Shown: piece by piece, positions 1-8,932 of the stretch
Numbering within the stretch: position 1 is the stretch's first letter
How the letters are laid out: each line of letters begins with the position of its first letter
IMG/VR virus record: IMGVR_UViG_3300045580_000402
Coordinates: 1 to 47,945 of that record
Source of the DNA: a virus
Taxonomy: Duplodnaviria; Caudoviricetes
Length of the DNA stretch: 47,945 nucleotides
Strand: one strand, 5' to 3'
Program-made: the position numbers and the translations under genes
Notes under the pieces: model-generated
The model's input: only the letters and a program-made list of their open reading frames with translations
Databases searched by the model: none
Told to the model about the DNA's origin: nothing

Positions 1-6
1 ACGTGG

Positions 7-210
7 TCATGGGGCCACCTGCTGAGTGAGCTCGAGGACGAGCGGGGATACCGTTCCGCCGGTGATCGTCAGGTCAGACGCGCCGCTGGGGCCGGGCGGT
101 CCGTCCGGGCCTTGTGGACCGACACCGCTGACTGTCGCCACGATTCCGTCGCCGACCACCCTCGCGGTGATGCCCTGCACGCCCGAGACATTCGCCTCGA
201 TCTTGCTCAT
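7..210 (-). CDS. Small virion/tail-associated protein with short collagen-like (GPQGPDGPPGPSG) segment
   Basis: ORF trimmed to ATG at 210, overlapping the upstream stop; G-X-Y triplets. Its stop overlaps an ATG at 10 that runs off the window edge. Confidence 0.6.
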   Translation of the reverse strand: MSKIEANVSGVQGITARVVGDGIVATVSGVGPQGPDGPPGPSGASDLTITGGTVSPLVLELTQQVAP

Positions 211-515
211 GGCGTCACCTCGACGTAGCCCACCAGGCCGGTTCTCGTGTCGCCGTTTGGTGCGACCCACGTCTGCGTCCAGCCGTATGTTCCGGCGACG
301 TCGATGGCAGGAAATGCCACGCCAACACGACCAGCCGCCGCATCCACGAACGTCGTCGGGATCGCCGCCAAAGTCGCTCCGTTGACAAGCGAAACCAGGG
401 CGCTTGTCACCGAATACCCGCTGAGGTCAATCGACCAATCGACCTCAGTGCGAAACGTGTCGCCAGCACGGAACGTGAAGTCCTGGCGGCCGGGGCCGCC
501 GTTGATCAGCGGCAT
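207..515 (-). CDS. BppU-like beta-sandwich virion protein
   Basis: MPLINGGPGRQDFTFRAGDTF...IDLSGY..., resembling phage baseplate-upper N-terminal domains; GGAGG SD upstream. Confidence 0.55.
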   Translation of the reverse strand: MPLINGGPGRQDFTFRAGDTFRTEVDWSIDLSGYSVTSALVSLVNGATLAAIPTTFVDAAAGRVGVAFPAIDVAGTYGWTQTWVAPNGDTRTGLVGYVEVTP

Positions 516-516
516 A

Positions 517-804
517 TCAGCCTCCCTTTTCAAGAACGCGTTGGATGTCCCGCTGGCCGGTAGCGATCTCCTCGAGCGTGGCCGCCTGCCGCTCCTGAGT
601 CTCGCCAAGTGATTTCAGGGTCTCCGACGTCGCCTTCACGAATTCGGTATGCGATTCGATCCACGGCACGACAACGGAATCGTGGATGGTGATGGCTGCC
701 AAATGGCCCCACCACATGACCACCGACAGCATGAGGCACGGGAAGCCGAACTCCCTGAGCACGCGGATGCCGACGTCGATCTTGTCGCTCGTCTCTTGCG
801 TCAC
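517..804 (-). CDS. Holin-like membrane protein (1 TM plus coiled coil)
   Basis: GTG start coupled to upstream TGA; FGFPCLMLSVVMWW hydrophobic segment followed by a coiled tail. Confidence 0.45.
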   Translation of the reverse strand: MTQETSDKIDVGIRVLREFGFPCLMLSVVMWWGHLAAITIHDSVVVPWIESHTEFVKATSETLKSLGETQERQAATLEEIATGQRDIQRVLEKGG

Positions 805-1109
805 TGGCCGCTCTCCCTGTTGTTGAGCCAATGGGCCACAACCGCCTGCACGATTGCCGAAATGGCCCACGCGATCAGGAGCGACATGAACGCGAACCCG
901 TCGCGGTCGCGATACCGCGCGCGAACCCGCTGCTCCACGGCACGAGCCAGGCCAGGGCCGGCGACCTTGGCTGCCTGGCATTCGCTCAGGGCCACGCGAA
1001 CGATTGCATCAGACCGCTCGCGGCCCAGCATCGCCCGTCGGACAGGCGTGGAGCCGAGCACCTCCCAGACGTGGTCGCGGGCGTCCCGCAGTGCATCTGT
1101 GCCGCTCAT
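801..1109 (-). CDS. Hypothetical membrane protein (C-terminal TM)
   Basis: ATGA coupling; C-terminal FAFMSLLIAWAISAIVQAVV hydrophobic helix. Confidence 0.6.
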   Translation of the reverse strand: MSGTDALRDARDHVWEVLGSTPVRRAMLGRERSDAIVRVALSECQAAKVAGPGLARAVEQRVRARYRDRDGFAFMSLLIAWAISAIVQAVVAHWLNNRESGQ

Positions 1110-1903
1110 CGCGTCTGGCACCTCCCGTCGGCACACACGGCCCGGGATGGGGCAGGGGCCGCGGCGACGCGGGCACCTTCCAGGAACGCGGCCACTCGCG
1201 TCGAGCAGCTGCCGAACGTCCGGCCGTCCAGGTGGCCAAACAGCACGCCGGCCAGTTCGCCGTCGGCGTTGAACATGGGGCCGCCGCTGTCGCCATTCCG
1301 GGCTGCGGCCCGCATCTCGACGATCTGCCGGTGGGTCACGTCCCGTGGCGACACGTAATCGATCACGGCCCCTGTCTGCTCCAGGTAGACACCCTTCGGC
1401 CCCCAGCCAGCGATCGTGAGCCTGTCGCCGATCTTCGGGGCCTGTGCCGCCAAGGCGACCGGCTCGGCCACCGGCCGGGCGACGACGAGCGCGGCCAAGT
1501 CCCAGACGCGGTCGTGTGCGATCAGCTTGGCTGCGGCTCGCGATCCGTCCGGCCATGCCACGGTGATGCCGTCCCGGGCCTCATCGACCACGTGCCAGTT
1601 CGTGAGCACGGTGGCCGTCGACCCGCTGGCAGCCACGAGCACGCCCGACCCGGAGTGCCGTAGGTTGCCGTTGGCGGACGTCACGCGGGCGACAACCGGC
1701 CGGGGCTGGCCGGCGGCTTCCGCGTCCGACAGCACCACGGGAGGATGCTCGACCACCGACACCTCGCCGGTGCCCTCGCACACCGGGCAGGCGAACCGCA
1801 CCGGGCCGGGGCCGACGACGCGCGAACCGTGGCAGTTATCGCACGTCGCCCCGGCGGCGGCGGCCGTAAACGTGGCGATCAGCATGGCGAGCACGAAACG
1901 CAT
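1106..1903 (-). CDS. Secreted trypsin-like (S1) serine protease with N-terminal DnaJ-type zinc finger
   Basis: Signal peptide; CDNCHGS/CPVCEGTG; catalytic motifs LTNWHVV, DLAAL, GDSGGP. Confidence 0.9.
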   Translation of the reverse strand: MRFVLAMLIATFTAAAAGATCDNCHGSRVVGPGPVRFACPVCEGTGEVSVVEHPPVVLSDAEAAGQPRPVVARVTSANGNLRHSGSGVLVAASGSTATVLTNWHVVDEARDGITVAWPDGSRAAAKLIAHDRVWDLAALVVARPVAEPVALAAQAPKIGDRLTIAGWGPKGVYLEQTGAVIDYVSPRDVTHRQIVEMRAAARNGDSGGPMFNADGELAGVLFGHLDGRTFGSCSTRVAAFLEGARVAAAPAPSRAVCADGRCQTR

Positions 1904-1907
1904 TGCA

Positions 1908-2783
1908 TCACCCGGCGGGCCGGCTCCAGTCGTCAGGCAAGGTCACCGACGCGATGGCGAACGACCCCCGCCATGCGGAGCGTGCGGTCTTCTCAGAGTC
2001 GTACCGCGTGATGTCGTAGCTGTCGGGATACTCGTGCAGTCGCTTGTCAGCGATCCACCGCGCCCATGGGACAGCGTGCCCGCGTCTCCCAACGCTCACG
2101 GCCATTCCGTGCAGCAACAGGCATACGGCCTGCTCGTAGCTCTCCGGGAAAATCACCTCCAACGGCCGGAAGTGTGAAGCCGTCTCGCGCCAGCCCTCAG
2201 GAAACTTCGACAGCGGAACCCACCGGCCATGCGATTGGTTCTCGTTGCCTTCGCCGCTGGTGCCGATGAGCGTGTGCTTGAATCCGTAATCACGCGGCTG
2301 CGTGGTGTCTGGGAGAATTCCGCGGCGGCAGGCCAGCTCGAGGTTTTGCCGAACGTTCGAGCCTCCCCACTTGTCTGGGTTCAGCTCGGCGTAGACGGAG
2401 AGCGGAGACATCCACACGTCCCCGAACTCAGCAGACTCTGGGTAGCGAAACCCCTTCTTCGGTCCGTCGGGGAAGATCACACCGCGGGCACGGTTTCGGG
2501 CAGCCTCGAAGTTTCTCACGAGACTGTGCGACGCGCATTCGTGCGTCGGATGCTGGTTGGTGTAGCGCGACAGGAAATTCATCGCCCACAGGCCGTGCCG
2601 GTCGTTCTCCGCGGCCCGCTCTTCCCATTCGCGCGGCTCGATCCAGAGCGACTCGGGGAACTCGCGGCTTGCTGACCCGCACGCGTCGCGGAGCGCGTCG
2701 GTGGTGTCCTCTGCGGCCAGATGGTCCGGGTAGCCGTCGTGCTGGTCCGGAAAGACGTCGATCAGTTTTGGGTCGATCGTCAT
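1908..2783 (-). CDS. Papain-like (C1-type) cysteine peptidase
   Basis: NQHPTHECASHS aligns with papain NQGxCGSCWAFS (Q...C); GHAV catalytic His; DSY at the NSW position. Confidence 0.7.
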   Translation of the reverse strand: MTIDPKLIDVFPDQHDGYPDHLAAEDTTDALRDACGSASREFPESLWIEPREWEERAAENDRHGLWAMNFLSRYTNQHPTHECASHSLVRNFEAARNRARGVIFPDGPKKGFRYPESAEFGDVWMSPLSVYAELNPDKWGGSNVRQNLELACRRGILPDTTQPRDYGFKHTLIGTSGEGNENQSHGRWVPLSKFPEGWRETASHFRPLEVIFPESYEQAVCLLLHGMAVSVGRRGHAVPWARWIADKRLHEYPDSYDITRYDSEKTARSAWRGSFAIASVTLPDDWSRPAG

Positions 2784-3148
2784 GGCACGGCCCTCACGAT
2801 CGCGTCGGCATCGGTCGGGGCGCGCAAGACCGACAGCACGGTGGAGCCGGAGAGCACCACGAGAGCTGGCATGCCAGCCTTCCTGGCGGCGTCGAGAGCC
2901 TCGCGGTACTGGTCGGGGACGTCGCCGTGGCCGTCGGTGGTGTCGTCCTCCATGAGCGTGGCGACGATCTGCCGCTCCCGGTTCAGCCGGTTGATGCCCA
3001 CGGTCACGCCAGTCGGGATCGCCGACGCGTCCTTTTCGTACACGTAGACCGCCGCTGTGGGGGCGGACACGACACGGCCGCCCACGCCGGCCGGAAGCGA
3101 CAGGCTGAGAAGCAGTAGGCCGGCGGCGATAAGCGCGACGGGCTTCAC
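2780..3148 (-). CDS. Secreted/membrane-anchored hypothetical protein
   Basis: GTG start coupled; signal-peptide-like KPVALIAAGLLLLSLSL. Confidence 0.65.
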   Translation of the reverse strand: MKPVALIAAGLLLLSLSLPAGVGGRVVSAPTAAVYVYEKDASAIPTGVTVGINRLNRERQIVATLMEDDTTDGHGDVPDQYREALDAARKAGMPALVVLSGSTVLSVLRAPTDADAIVRAVP

Positions 3149-3387
3149 GGCTGAGTCTGCTCCGCCGGCTTCAGCAGCTCGTGCGTGAGCTGCTCGCACA
3201 CCTTCACGGCCTCGTGGTGGCCCTTGTCCCGCAGCCGCGCGGCAAGGTCGATCACGAGCCGGAGGTCGTCGACCGGTGCCCGCTCGCTAGGATGGAACCA
3301 CGGACGCATCCGCGAAACGATCAGCCAGACGGCGTAGCAGACGAGCACGACGCCACCGACGGCCTGGACGTACTGGAGGATGGTCAC
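3145..3387 (-). CDS. Small membrane protein (1 TM)
   Basis: GTGA coupling; VQAVGGVVLVCYAVWLIV. Confidence 0.6.
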   Translation of the reverse strand: MTILQYVQAVGGVVLVCYAVWLIVSRMRPWFHPSERAPVDDLRLVIDLAARLRDKGHHEAVKVCEQLTHELLKPAEQTQP

Positions 3388-3659
3388 GCGGCTGGCTCCT
3401 GTGGGAGAGAATCGACGATTGAGAGCACTTCGCGGACGAGGGCCACACCTTGCGGGGTCCGCAGGATGTCGGCAACGCGAGAGGCCAGTCGGTCGTCGAG
3501 CCGGCCGGCAGTCCGCGAGGCGGCCCATTCCAGGGCATCGGCGATGACGTTGGACCGCTCGGCCTCATTGGCCGCGGCGGAGTACCGCCTGGCGTAGCCG
3601 ATGGCCGGCGCCCAGTCGCGTAGTGCGCGGAGTTGGTCGATCACGCCGGCTGGCATCAC
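3384..3659 (-). CDS. Hypothetical protein
   Basis: Coupled on both sides by 4-nt overlaps. Confidence 0.6.
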   Translation of the reverse strand: MMPAGVIDQLRALRDWAPAIGYARRYSAAANEAERSNVIADALEWAASRTAGRLDDRLASRVADILRTPQGVALVREVLSIVDSLPQEPAA

Positions 3660-4030
3660 GCGACCCTCACGAGCGGCAGGACTTGCTCGAGCGACCCAGA
3701 CGCGATGGCGAGCACGAGCACACGGACGGCTGGCCGCGCGATCAGCCAGATCGGGTAGACGGAGACCGGAACCGCGTAATCCGCGACGGCATCGAAGAGG
3801 CTGCCGACGGCCTCCAGCGCGAACGCTTTCTTTTCCGCGCCCGTCATGGATTTCACGCTGTCGAGCGCGGACACGACCAGACGGAGCAACGCGAGCATCA
3901 GGTCGCCGAACTCCACCCACGTGAGTCCGTCGGCAGCAGACGACTTTGCCGTCTCAACGAACGCGTGGACCTTGGAGAGCAATCCGGAATCGAGGCTGGT
4001 CGCAGCCGCCACAGGCGCAGACGAGATCAC
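3656..4030 (-). CDS. Hypothetical helical protein, possibly holin-like
   Basis: Amphipathic/hydrophobic helices; heads the coupled gene run to position 1. Confidence 0.6.
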   Translation of the reverse strand: MISSAPVAAATSLDSGLLSKVHAFVETAKSSAADGLTWVEFGDLMLALLRLVVSALDSVKSMTGAEKKAFALEAVGSLFDAVADYAVPVSVYPIWLIARPAVRVLVLAIASGSLEQVLPLVRVA

Positions 4031-4054
4031 GGCGATTTTCTCCGAGTGCTATGC

Positions 4055-4426
4055 CTATTCGGAGCCTACAGACGCTCCCCCATCTCGTCGCTCGCCGTCG
4101 AGCACCGAGTCTCGGAACACCCGCCCCCCCATCTCGTCGTCGTCGCGGTATTTCTGCGGGGCCTCCGCGCGGCGCCTTGCCAGGTGCTTCTCGCGGAGGG
4201 CTCGCGTGGCCCGGCGAATCTCCTGGGGTGTCGGCGGCACGGGATCCGCGATAGGTGCCGCCCGGGTCCGCGCCGTCCGCGCGACCAGGCCGAGCCGCAT
4301 TCGCAGCTTCCTCACCGAGTCCGTCGAAAGCCCGAGCTCGCCGCAGATGACCGAGACGGCGATGCCGCCTGCCCACATCTCAGCGAATCGGGTCTGGTCC
4401 TGGGGCGATACTGTGATCCTGCGCAC
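4055..4426 (-). CDS. HTH DNA-binding protein (GcrA-like N-terminus)
   Basis: FAEMWAGGIAVSVICGELGLSTDSVRKLRMRLGL. Confidence 0.6.
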   Translation of the reverse strand: MRRITVSPQDQTRFAEMWAGGIAVSVICGELGLSTDSVRKLRMRLGLVARTARTRAAPIADPVPPTPQEIRRATRALREKHLARRRAEAPQKYRDDDEMGGRVFRDSVLDGERRDGGASVGSE

Positions 4427-4703
4427 CCGCGTCCTCCGTGCACGCTGGACAACCGGTCCGCCTGGGCGTTACCCAGGTTTCGGCGTCCATGCCGGGGGAG
4501 TGGGCTGCAGATTCGCAGCCCGGTGTGAGGTCGCACGTGACACAGGGAGCCGTGCATTCGCGGATCAGCTTGCAGCCAACCGTGAGCGCGTCGAGCGCCC
4601 GGTCGTACTTCCCGCACTCGACGAACGCCCGAGCCTCGGTGACGATCGGCGCGAGAGCGGCGAACCCGAGCGACAGGTCTGGATGTAGGCGCGTCGTTTT
4701 CAT
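4380..4703 (-). CDS. Hypothetical Cys-rich protein
   Basis: ATG at 4703; two CxxC pairs; overlaps the next gene by 47 nt, so uncertain. Confidence 0.4.
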   Translation of the reverse strand: MKTTRLHPDLSLGFAALAPIVTEARAFVECGKYDRALDALTVGCKLIRECTAPCVTCDLTPGCESAAHSPGMDAETWVTPRRTGCPACTEDAGAQDHSIAPGPDPIR

Positions 4704-4841
4704 GTTCAGCGGCTGAACGAGAGTGCGTTGATTCACGGGTCTTCCTGCATGGGGGGGGGTGCGAGTTTCCATTGAATCGATCCGTCCCAAAGACGCCATC
4801 CCAATTTTGTGACGCTCGGGATACAGCGAAAAACGCGGCCT

Positions 4842-5150
4842 TTACGGAATCCGTCCGTACATGTCGCTCAGCGCCAGCATCGCGCAGCATCGGTCGCTGC
4901 ATTGGGACGTTCCGTACTTGTCGAGCAGCGCGTAAACCACCCGCCTTGCGACTGGCTCGTCATCGATCTCATTGCCAATCTCGGTCACGAACGAAACACC
5001 GACGAGGGCAAACTCGACCAGCAAGTCGGCGCAGACTTGGGGGAACACTGCGGAGAACGGGCTGCTGTCTCGCATGTACGCGAGCACCTGGTCGCCATGC
5101 GCTATTGCCAGCGTTGCTGGACGCTCGCGCTCGTCACTCATGGAAGTCAC
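4842..5150 (-). CDS. Hypothetical protein
   Basis: ATGA-coupled last gene of the replication operon. Confidence 0.6.
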   Translation of the reverse strand: MTSMSDERERPATLAIAHGDQVLAYMRDSSPFSAVFPQVCADLLVEFALVGVSFVTEIGNEIDDEPVARRVVYALLDKYGTSQCSDRCCAMLALSDMYGRIP

Positions 5151-5998
5151 CCGTCATGATGGCACATGTGAACCGTCGCCTCGTCCACGAGACGTTCGAG
5201 AAGTCGCGTCAGTTCTTCCAGCTCTCGCGGCGCCCGCACCATGTACGAGCGTGCGTAGAAGTCGATCGCTTTCAAGCAGTCGGCTGGATCCGCAGGGAGC
5301 AGCCAGGACTGCGATGGCCGCTGCCTTGAATCGCTCTTTGGGCGAACGGCGACGCGATGAAGTCCGCCGCGTATGGCTGAATCGATGTCACTTTTCGATG
5401 GCTTTGCGGGGAGCGTTGCTGCCACCGCGATCACGCTATCGACCGTGGCCTTGATCTTGCCGGACGCAATCTCCTCCACGACGCCGAGCTTCTCCGCAGA
5501 TGCCCTGAACTTCCCGGCTCGCCTCACGCTCTTCTCGTCGATGCCGTGCTCGCGGGCAAGCTCGCCTGCCCTGCGGCCCTTCCGCGATGGATGCCACCGG
5601 CCGGCTACATCCATGCGGTTGTAGAGATCGCCAAGCATCAGCATGAAAGCATTTCGCGACAGGTTACGGCGCCCGAGTTGGTTTCGCCGCATCCACGCAA
5701 GGGCCTGCTCCTTCGTCCCGAACCGGATTCCCTTGACCGTGTACGGGAGCCCAAGCCGCCAGCAGATTTCCACGCGGTTGTGTCCGTCGAGCAGAATCGG
5801 CGGCAGCCAATCGCCACGATCCCAGACGATCAGCGGATCGCGGGCGCCGCCGTGCGCGACGATGCTTACCTCGAGCTCCTTCCGCTCGTCGGCAGCAAGC
5901 GGCGGGATCAACGACGCAAACTCTTCGTCGATTGTGATCCGGACGTCGGCGGGGATGTCCACCAGCTCGCACTCGGCAACGGTCGCGCATTCACTCAT
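5147..5998 (-). CDS. ParB/Srx-like nuclease domain protein
   Basis: IDEEFASLIPPL...PLIVW...LLDGHNR...NQLGRRNLS. Confidence 0.85.
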   Translation of the reverse strand: MSECATVAECELVDIPADVRITIDEEFASLIPPLAADERKELEVSIVAHGGARDPLIVWDRGDWLPPILLDGHNRVEICWRLGLPYTVKGIRFGTKEQALAWMRRNQLGRRNLSRNAFMLMLGDLYNRMDVAGRWHPSRKGRRAGELAREHGIDEKSVRRAGKFRASAEKLGVVEEIASGKIKATVDSVIAVAATLPAKPSKSDIDSAIRGGLHRVAVRPKSDSRQRPSQSWLLPADPADCLKAIDFYARSYMVRAPRELEELTRLLERLVDEATVHMCHHDG

Positions 5999-6468
5999 GC
6001 CACTGTCTCGCCGACATGAAACATCGCCTCGTGCTCCGTGCGCTCCAGGTCGTGCGCGGTAACGGCGACGGCCAGCGCGGCCCATCGGTGCGACGAGATT
6101 CCGAACAGCGGGCCGGGGCTCTTCTTCGTCCCCACCGGGCCGAACCTGTCGATGAGGGCCTGCCGGATGTTGCCATCCTTGGCCCGCGGCGAACCGCACA
6201 GGTGCAGCTTCACGTCGCGCCGGGGGATCAGCCGCAGCCGTGCGTGCTGAGCAAAGCCGCCGATCGCGAACACGGTCTGGAAGATCGACTGACCGACCGG
6301 CATTCCGAACGATTCGATCCACTCGCAGGCGATGGAACCGTAGTCCCATAGAAATTCACGCATCGTGTCGTTCGTGCGGTCATCCGATGAGACGACTGCC
6401 GATCCGTTCCACACCACAACGGCAGATTCTCGCGGCCCCGGGTCGATGCCCACGACGATGCTCATCAC
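5995..6468 (-). CDS. RuvC-like Holliday junction resolvase
   Basis: VVGIDPG, ACEWIES, KDGNIRQAL, WAALAVA. Confidence 0.8.
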   Translation of the reverse strand: MMSIVVGIDPGPRESAVVVWNGSAVVSSDDRTNDTMREFLWDYGSIACEWIESFGMPVGQSIFQTVFAIGGFAQHARLRLIPRRDVKLHLCGSPRAKDGNIRQALIDRFGPVGTKKSPGPLFGISSHRWAALAVAVTAHDLERTEHEAMFHVGETVA

Positions 6469-6713
6469 TGCACATCCTCGCCTTGGTCCTGTCGCTCATT
6501 CCACGGATTGACGTCTGGCTCCTCGACCGCACCGTTGTTGCGAATGCTCGCCCAGGACCAGTGTTGCGCTCCGCAGACCTGCAGCAAGAACTTAATCTCG
6601 CCTTCTGGCAACTCTGGATGCCCTGTGTCCCGCAGCACCTTCTGCACCTTGTCGGCAATCTCGCGCTTTTGACGAACGCTGAACACTGTTTCCCCTCCGT
6701 TTCTTTCCTTCAC
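6465..6713 (-). CDS. Hypothetical protein
   Basis: Coupled ORF in the operon. Confidence 0.6.
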   Translation of the reverse strand: MKERNGGETVFSVRQKREIADKVQKVLRDTGHPELPEGEIKFLLQVCGAQHWSWASIRNNGAVEEPDVNPWNERQDQGEDVQ

Positions 6714-7300
6714 GCGCTCTCGCGCAACAGCCGCAGCTGCTCCGCGCGCCGCCGCTCGGTGTCTTCTCCGGACTCGACGTCGATGGCATCCGCGAACGCA
6801 CGGTCATCCCCAGGACGAGCGATCGGCTCAGGGCCAGCAATTTGCCGTCGCCTCCCGGCCCTCCACGCCAGACGCGCGGCAGTTACGGCGTCCATGCGAT
6901 CCACGTTGGCCTCGATCTTCGCGAGGATCGCATCGACGTCAGCAGGAGCGGCAGCCTCGATCTCGGCTCCGATCTCGGCCGCCAGTCTCCGGCTCTCGTT
7001 CGCGTCGATCTCCAGCTTTTCGCCAACGCACACCGGCTCGCGTGCCGCGGACGCCTTCTCCGCTGCCCGGCGAGCTGCCGCCAGCGGGCGGTAGGCCGCG
7101 TGCACCCACGCCAGCTGCGGGTAGAGCGTGTCGCGTGACCGCTTCACCTCGCGGATCGCCTCGAAGAGAACGTCCTGGTCGAGGAGCGACAGGTCCGACC
7201 GCCAGAGATCGATTTCCTCGTCGGTCCACTGGCAGTGAGGCCAGAGTCCGTTGATCGCATCGGAGTTCTGCTGCCACGTCCTGGTCGTCGTTCGAGTCAT
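6710..7300 (-). CDS. Putative helicase loader/inhibitor (lambda P or G39P position)
   Basis: Immediately downstream of the initiator; N-terminal helical WxxxL...AIR...YP pattern. Confidence 0.5.
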   Translation of the reverse strand: MTRTTTRTWQQNSDAINGLWPHCQWTDEEIDLWRSDLSLLDQDVLFEAIREVKRSRDTLYPQLAWVHAAYRPLAAARRAAEKASAAREPVCVGEKLEIDANESRRLAAEIGAEIEAAAPADVDAILAKIEANVDRMDAVTAARLAWRAGRRRQIAGPEPIARPGDDRAFADAIDVESGEDTERRRAEQLRLLRESA

Positions 7301-8169
7301 CGCATGTTCCCCCGTTTCTGCGGACGGCCACCGGCTCCGCCACCGGATGCGACCAGCTCACGACGTTGCTCGGGCGGGTCGCGAAACTCCCCGGCGAGGA
7401 TCCGGTCCATGTCGCGGACGAACTGCGTCCACGGGACGGGCCGCGTGAATCGCTGGCAGGCCGGCAGGAGCCCGATCGCCGTCATGGCCGCATCCACCCA
7501 CCCCGGAGACGCCGCAAGGTCTGCAAAGCCGTTTGGCGGCGTGATGGGCGTCCATGGCACGGCACGCTCGGTAGCGTTCCAGGCGTTCACGATCCGCGCC
7601 CACTCGCCGTGAGCCCAGCCCGGGCGTCTCCACTCGTCGGTTTCCGCATCCTCCGGAGGCGTCGGATTCCATCCGCCGCTTCCGGCAGCCGCAGGCTCGC
7701 CGCCAGCGCGCGCGTATTGTTTTCCTTCTTCTTCTATCCCTTCTCTTCTACTCTTATCTACTCGTGAACCCGTGGGTTTACCGGTGGGTTTACCTGTGGG
7801 TTTTTCGGCAGGAGCCGCGGCGGGTTCCTCATGTTGTCCCTTCGGCGGTCGGCCGCCCCTGGAACCGTTCGACCAGGCCGCGAGGAGCGAAGCGTTGTAC
7901 TCCTCCCAGCCGCACACGATCAGCGTCTTCCCTTCGCGACGAACAAAGCCCGAAGCCGCCAACGAGGCCTCCAACTTGTTGGAGTGACCAGGAAAGCGAC
8001 AGAGAGCTTTGAGAGCCTCGGCCGGAAGACTATCGAATGTGGATTTGCGGCGGTTCTGGCAATGAGACCAGAGACGAAGGACGTACACTGGCGCGGCCTC
8101 GTCGTTATCGAGGAGGCCAACGAGCATCCTCGTTTTCCAGTGGTCGCAGAAGTCGGGGTCGACGATCAC
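7297..8169 (-). CDS. Phage replication initiator protein
   Basis: N-terminal DPDFCDHWK...LRLW wHTH-like domain, central iterons and purine-rich linker typical of O-like initiators. Confidence 0.75.
   Translation of the reverse strand: MIVDPDFCDHWKTRMLVGLLDNDEAAPVYVLRLWSHCQNRRKSTFDSLPAEALKALCRFPGHSNKLEASLAASGFVRREGKTLIVCGWEEYNASLLAAWSNGSRGGRPPKGQHEEPAAAPAEKPTGKPTGKPTGSRVDKSRREGIEEEGKQYARAGGEPAAAGSGGWNPTPPEDAETDEWRRPGWAHGEWARIVNAWNATERAVPWTPITPPNGFADLAASPGWVDAAMTAIGLLPACQRFTRPVPWTQFVRDMDRILAGEFRDPPEQRRELVASGGGAGGRPQKRGNMR
7771..7804. repeat. Iterons of the putative replication origin, 3 x GTGGGTTTACC-like with 12-bp period
   Basis: cgtgggtttaccggtgggtttacctgtgggtttt (encodes KPTG x3), next to a pyrimidine-rich tract at about 7718-7762. 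Confidence 0.7.
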
Positions 8170-8627
8170 GTCTCGCTCCTCCTGTACCGCCCCTCAGTCC
8201 GCCCGTTCGCGTTCCGCTCCTTGCCGTCGACGACGACCAGGCCGCGGCGCTCCAGCTCGCACAGCCGCTTTCCGACCTGGTCGCGCCCGAGCCCGCATCT
8301 GCTCGCGATAGCAGTTGCCCCGGCCGGCCCGAGCATCAGCGCCTCGAGGATCTGGGCGTGGTGGTCACCCTCGAAGTCGGCGACTCCGGCCGCGGCCTCG
8401 TGCGACGTCTCGGGGTCGGTACGGCGGGCGAGCCTCCGATGATGCGGTACTCCGGGCACCGACAGGCCAGGCACGGACCCGGCTCCTCGATCGTGGCGTT
8501 GCACCGGTTGCACAGTCGCAGTCCCGGAAGAAACGACAGAGGCAGTTGGTGCGTCGGCATGGCTCGCGAGCCTCCCGAGTGGAGTGTCGGCCCAGAGCGA
8601 TTCGGCGGGGCGGTAGTAGTCGCTCAC
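8166..8627 (-). CDS. Winged-helix DNA-binding protein with an apparent 138-bp in-frame insertion
   Basis: ARRTDPETSHEAA motif plus ILEAL...GKRLCELERRGLV wHTH. Confidence 0.7.
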   Translation of the reverse strand: MSDYYRPAESLWADTPLGRLASHADAPTASVVSSGTATVQPVQRHDRGAGSVPGLSVPGVPHHRRLARRTDPETSHEAAAGVADFEGDHHAQILEALMLGPAGATAIASRCGLGRDQVGKRLCELERRGLVVVDGKERNANGRTEGRYRRSET

Positions 8628-8932
8628 TTCACACCTCCAGTGGCCCTTCTGGCACGCTCAATCGCTCGCCGCCTCTGGCCAGCAGTCCAGCGGCCCTGAA
8701 TCTCACGGCACAGCGTTGCGATCCTCTCTGGGCCTGGATCGCCAAGCTGCGGACAGTCACACAACGGACTTTCAAGGCGAGAGTTGTTGGCGCGTCCCTT
8801 GCTGTAATCCTTGCACCACGGCGAAAGCCCGTCGGCCATTGAATGGAATACGTAGAAATGCGACCGCATCTTGAGCTCACCGCAGTCCTCGCATCGCTTG
8901 CGCGATTCGGCGTGTATGTGGAAGTCGCTCAT
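8624..8932 (-). CDS. Zinc-finger protein
   Basis: KRCEDCGELK...FY...DGLSPWCKD. Confidence 0.6.
   Translation of the reverse strand: MSDFHIHAESRKRCEDCGELKMRSHFYVFHSMADGLSPWCKDYSKGRANNSRLESPLCDCPQLGDPGPERIATLCREIQGRWTAGQRRRAIERARRATGGVK

Noticed and set aside
4751-4759. G9 homopolymer as a phase-variation switch
   Set aside because: No clear promoter or reading frame depends on it, and read-level data would be needed.
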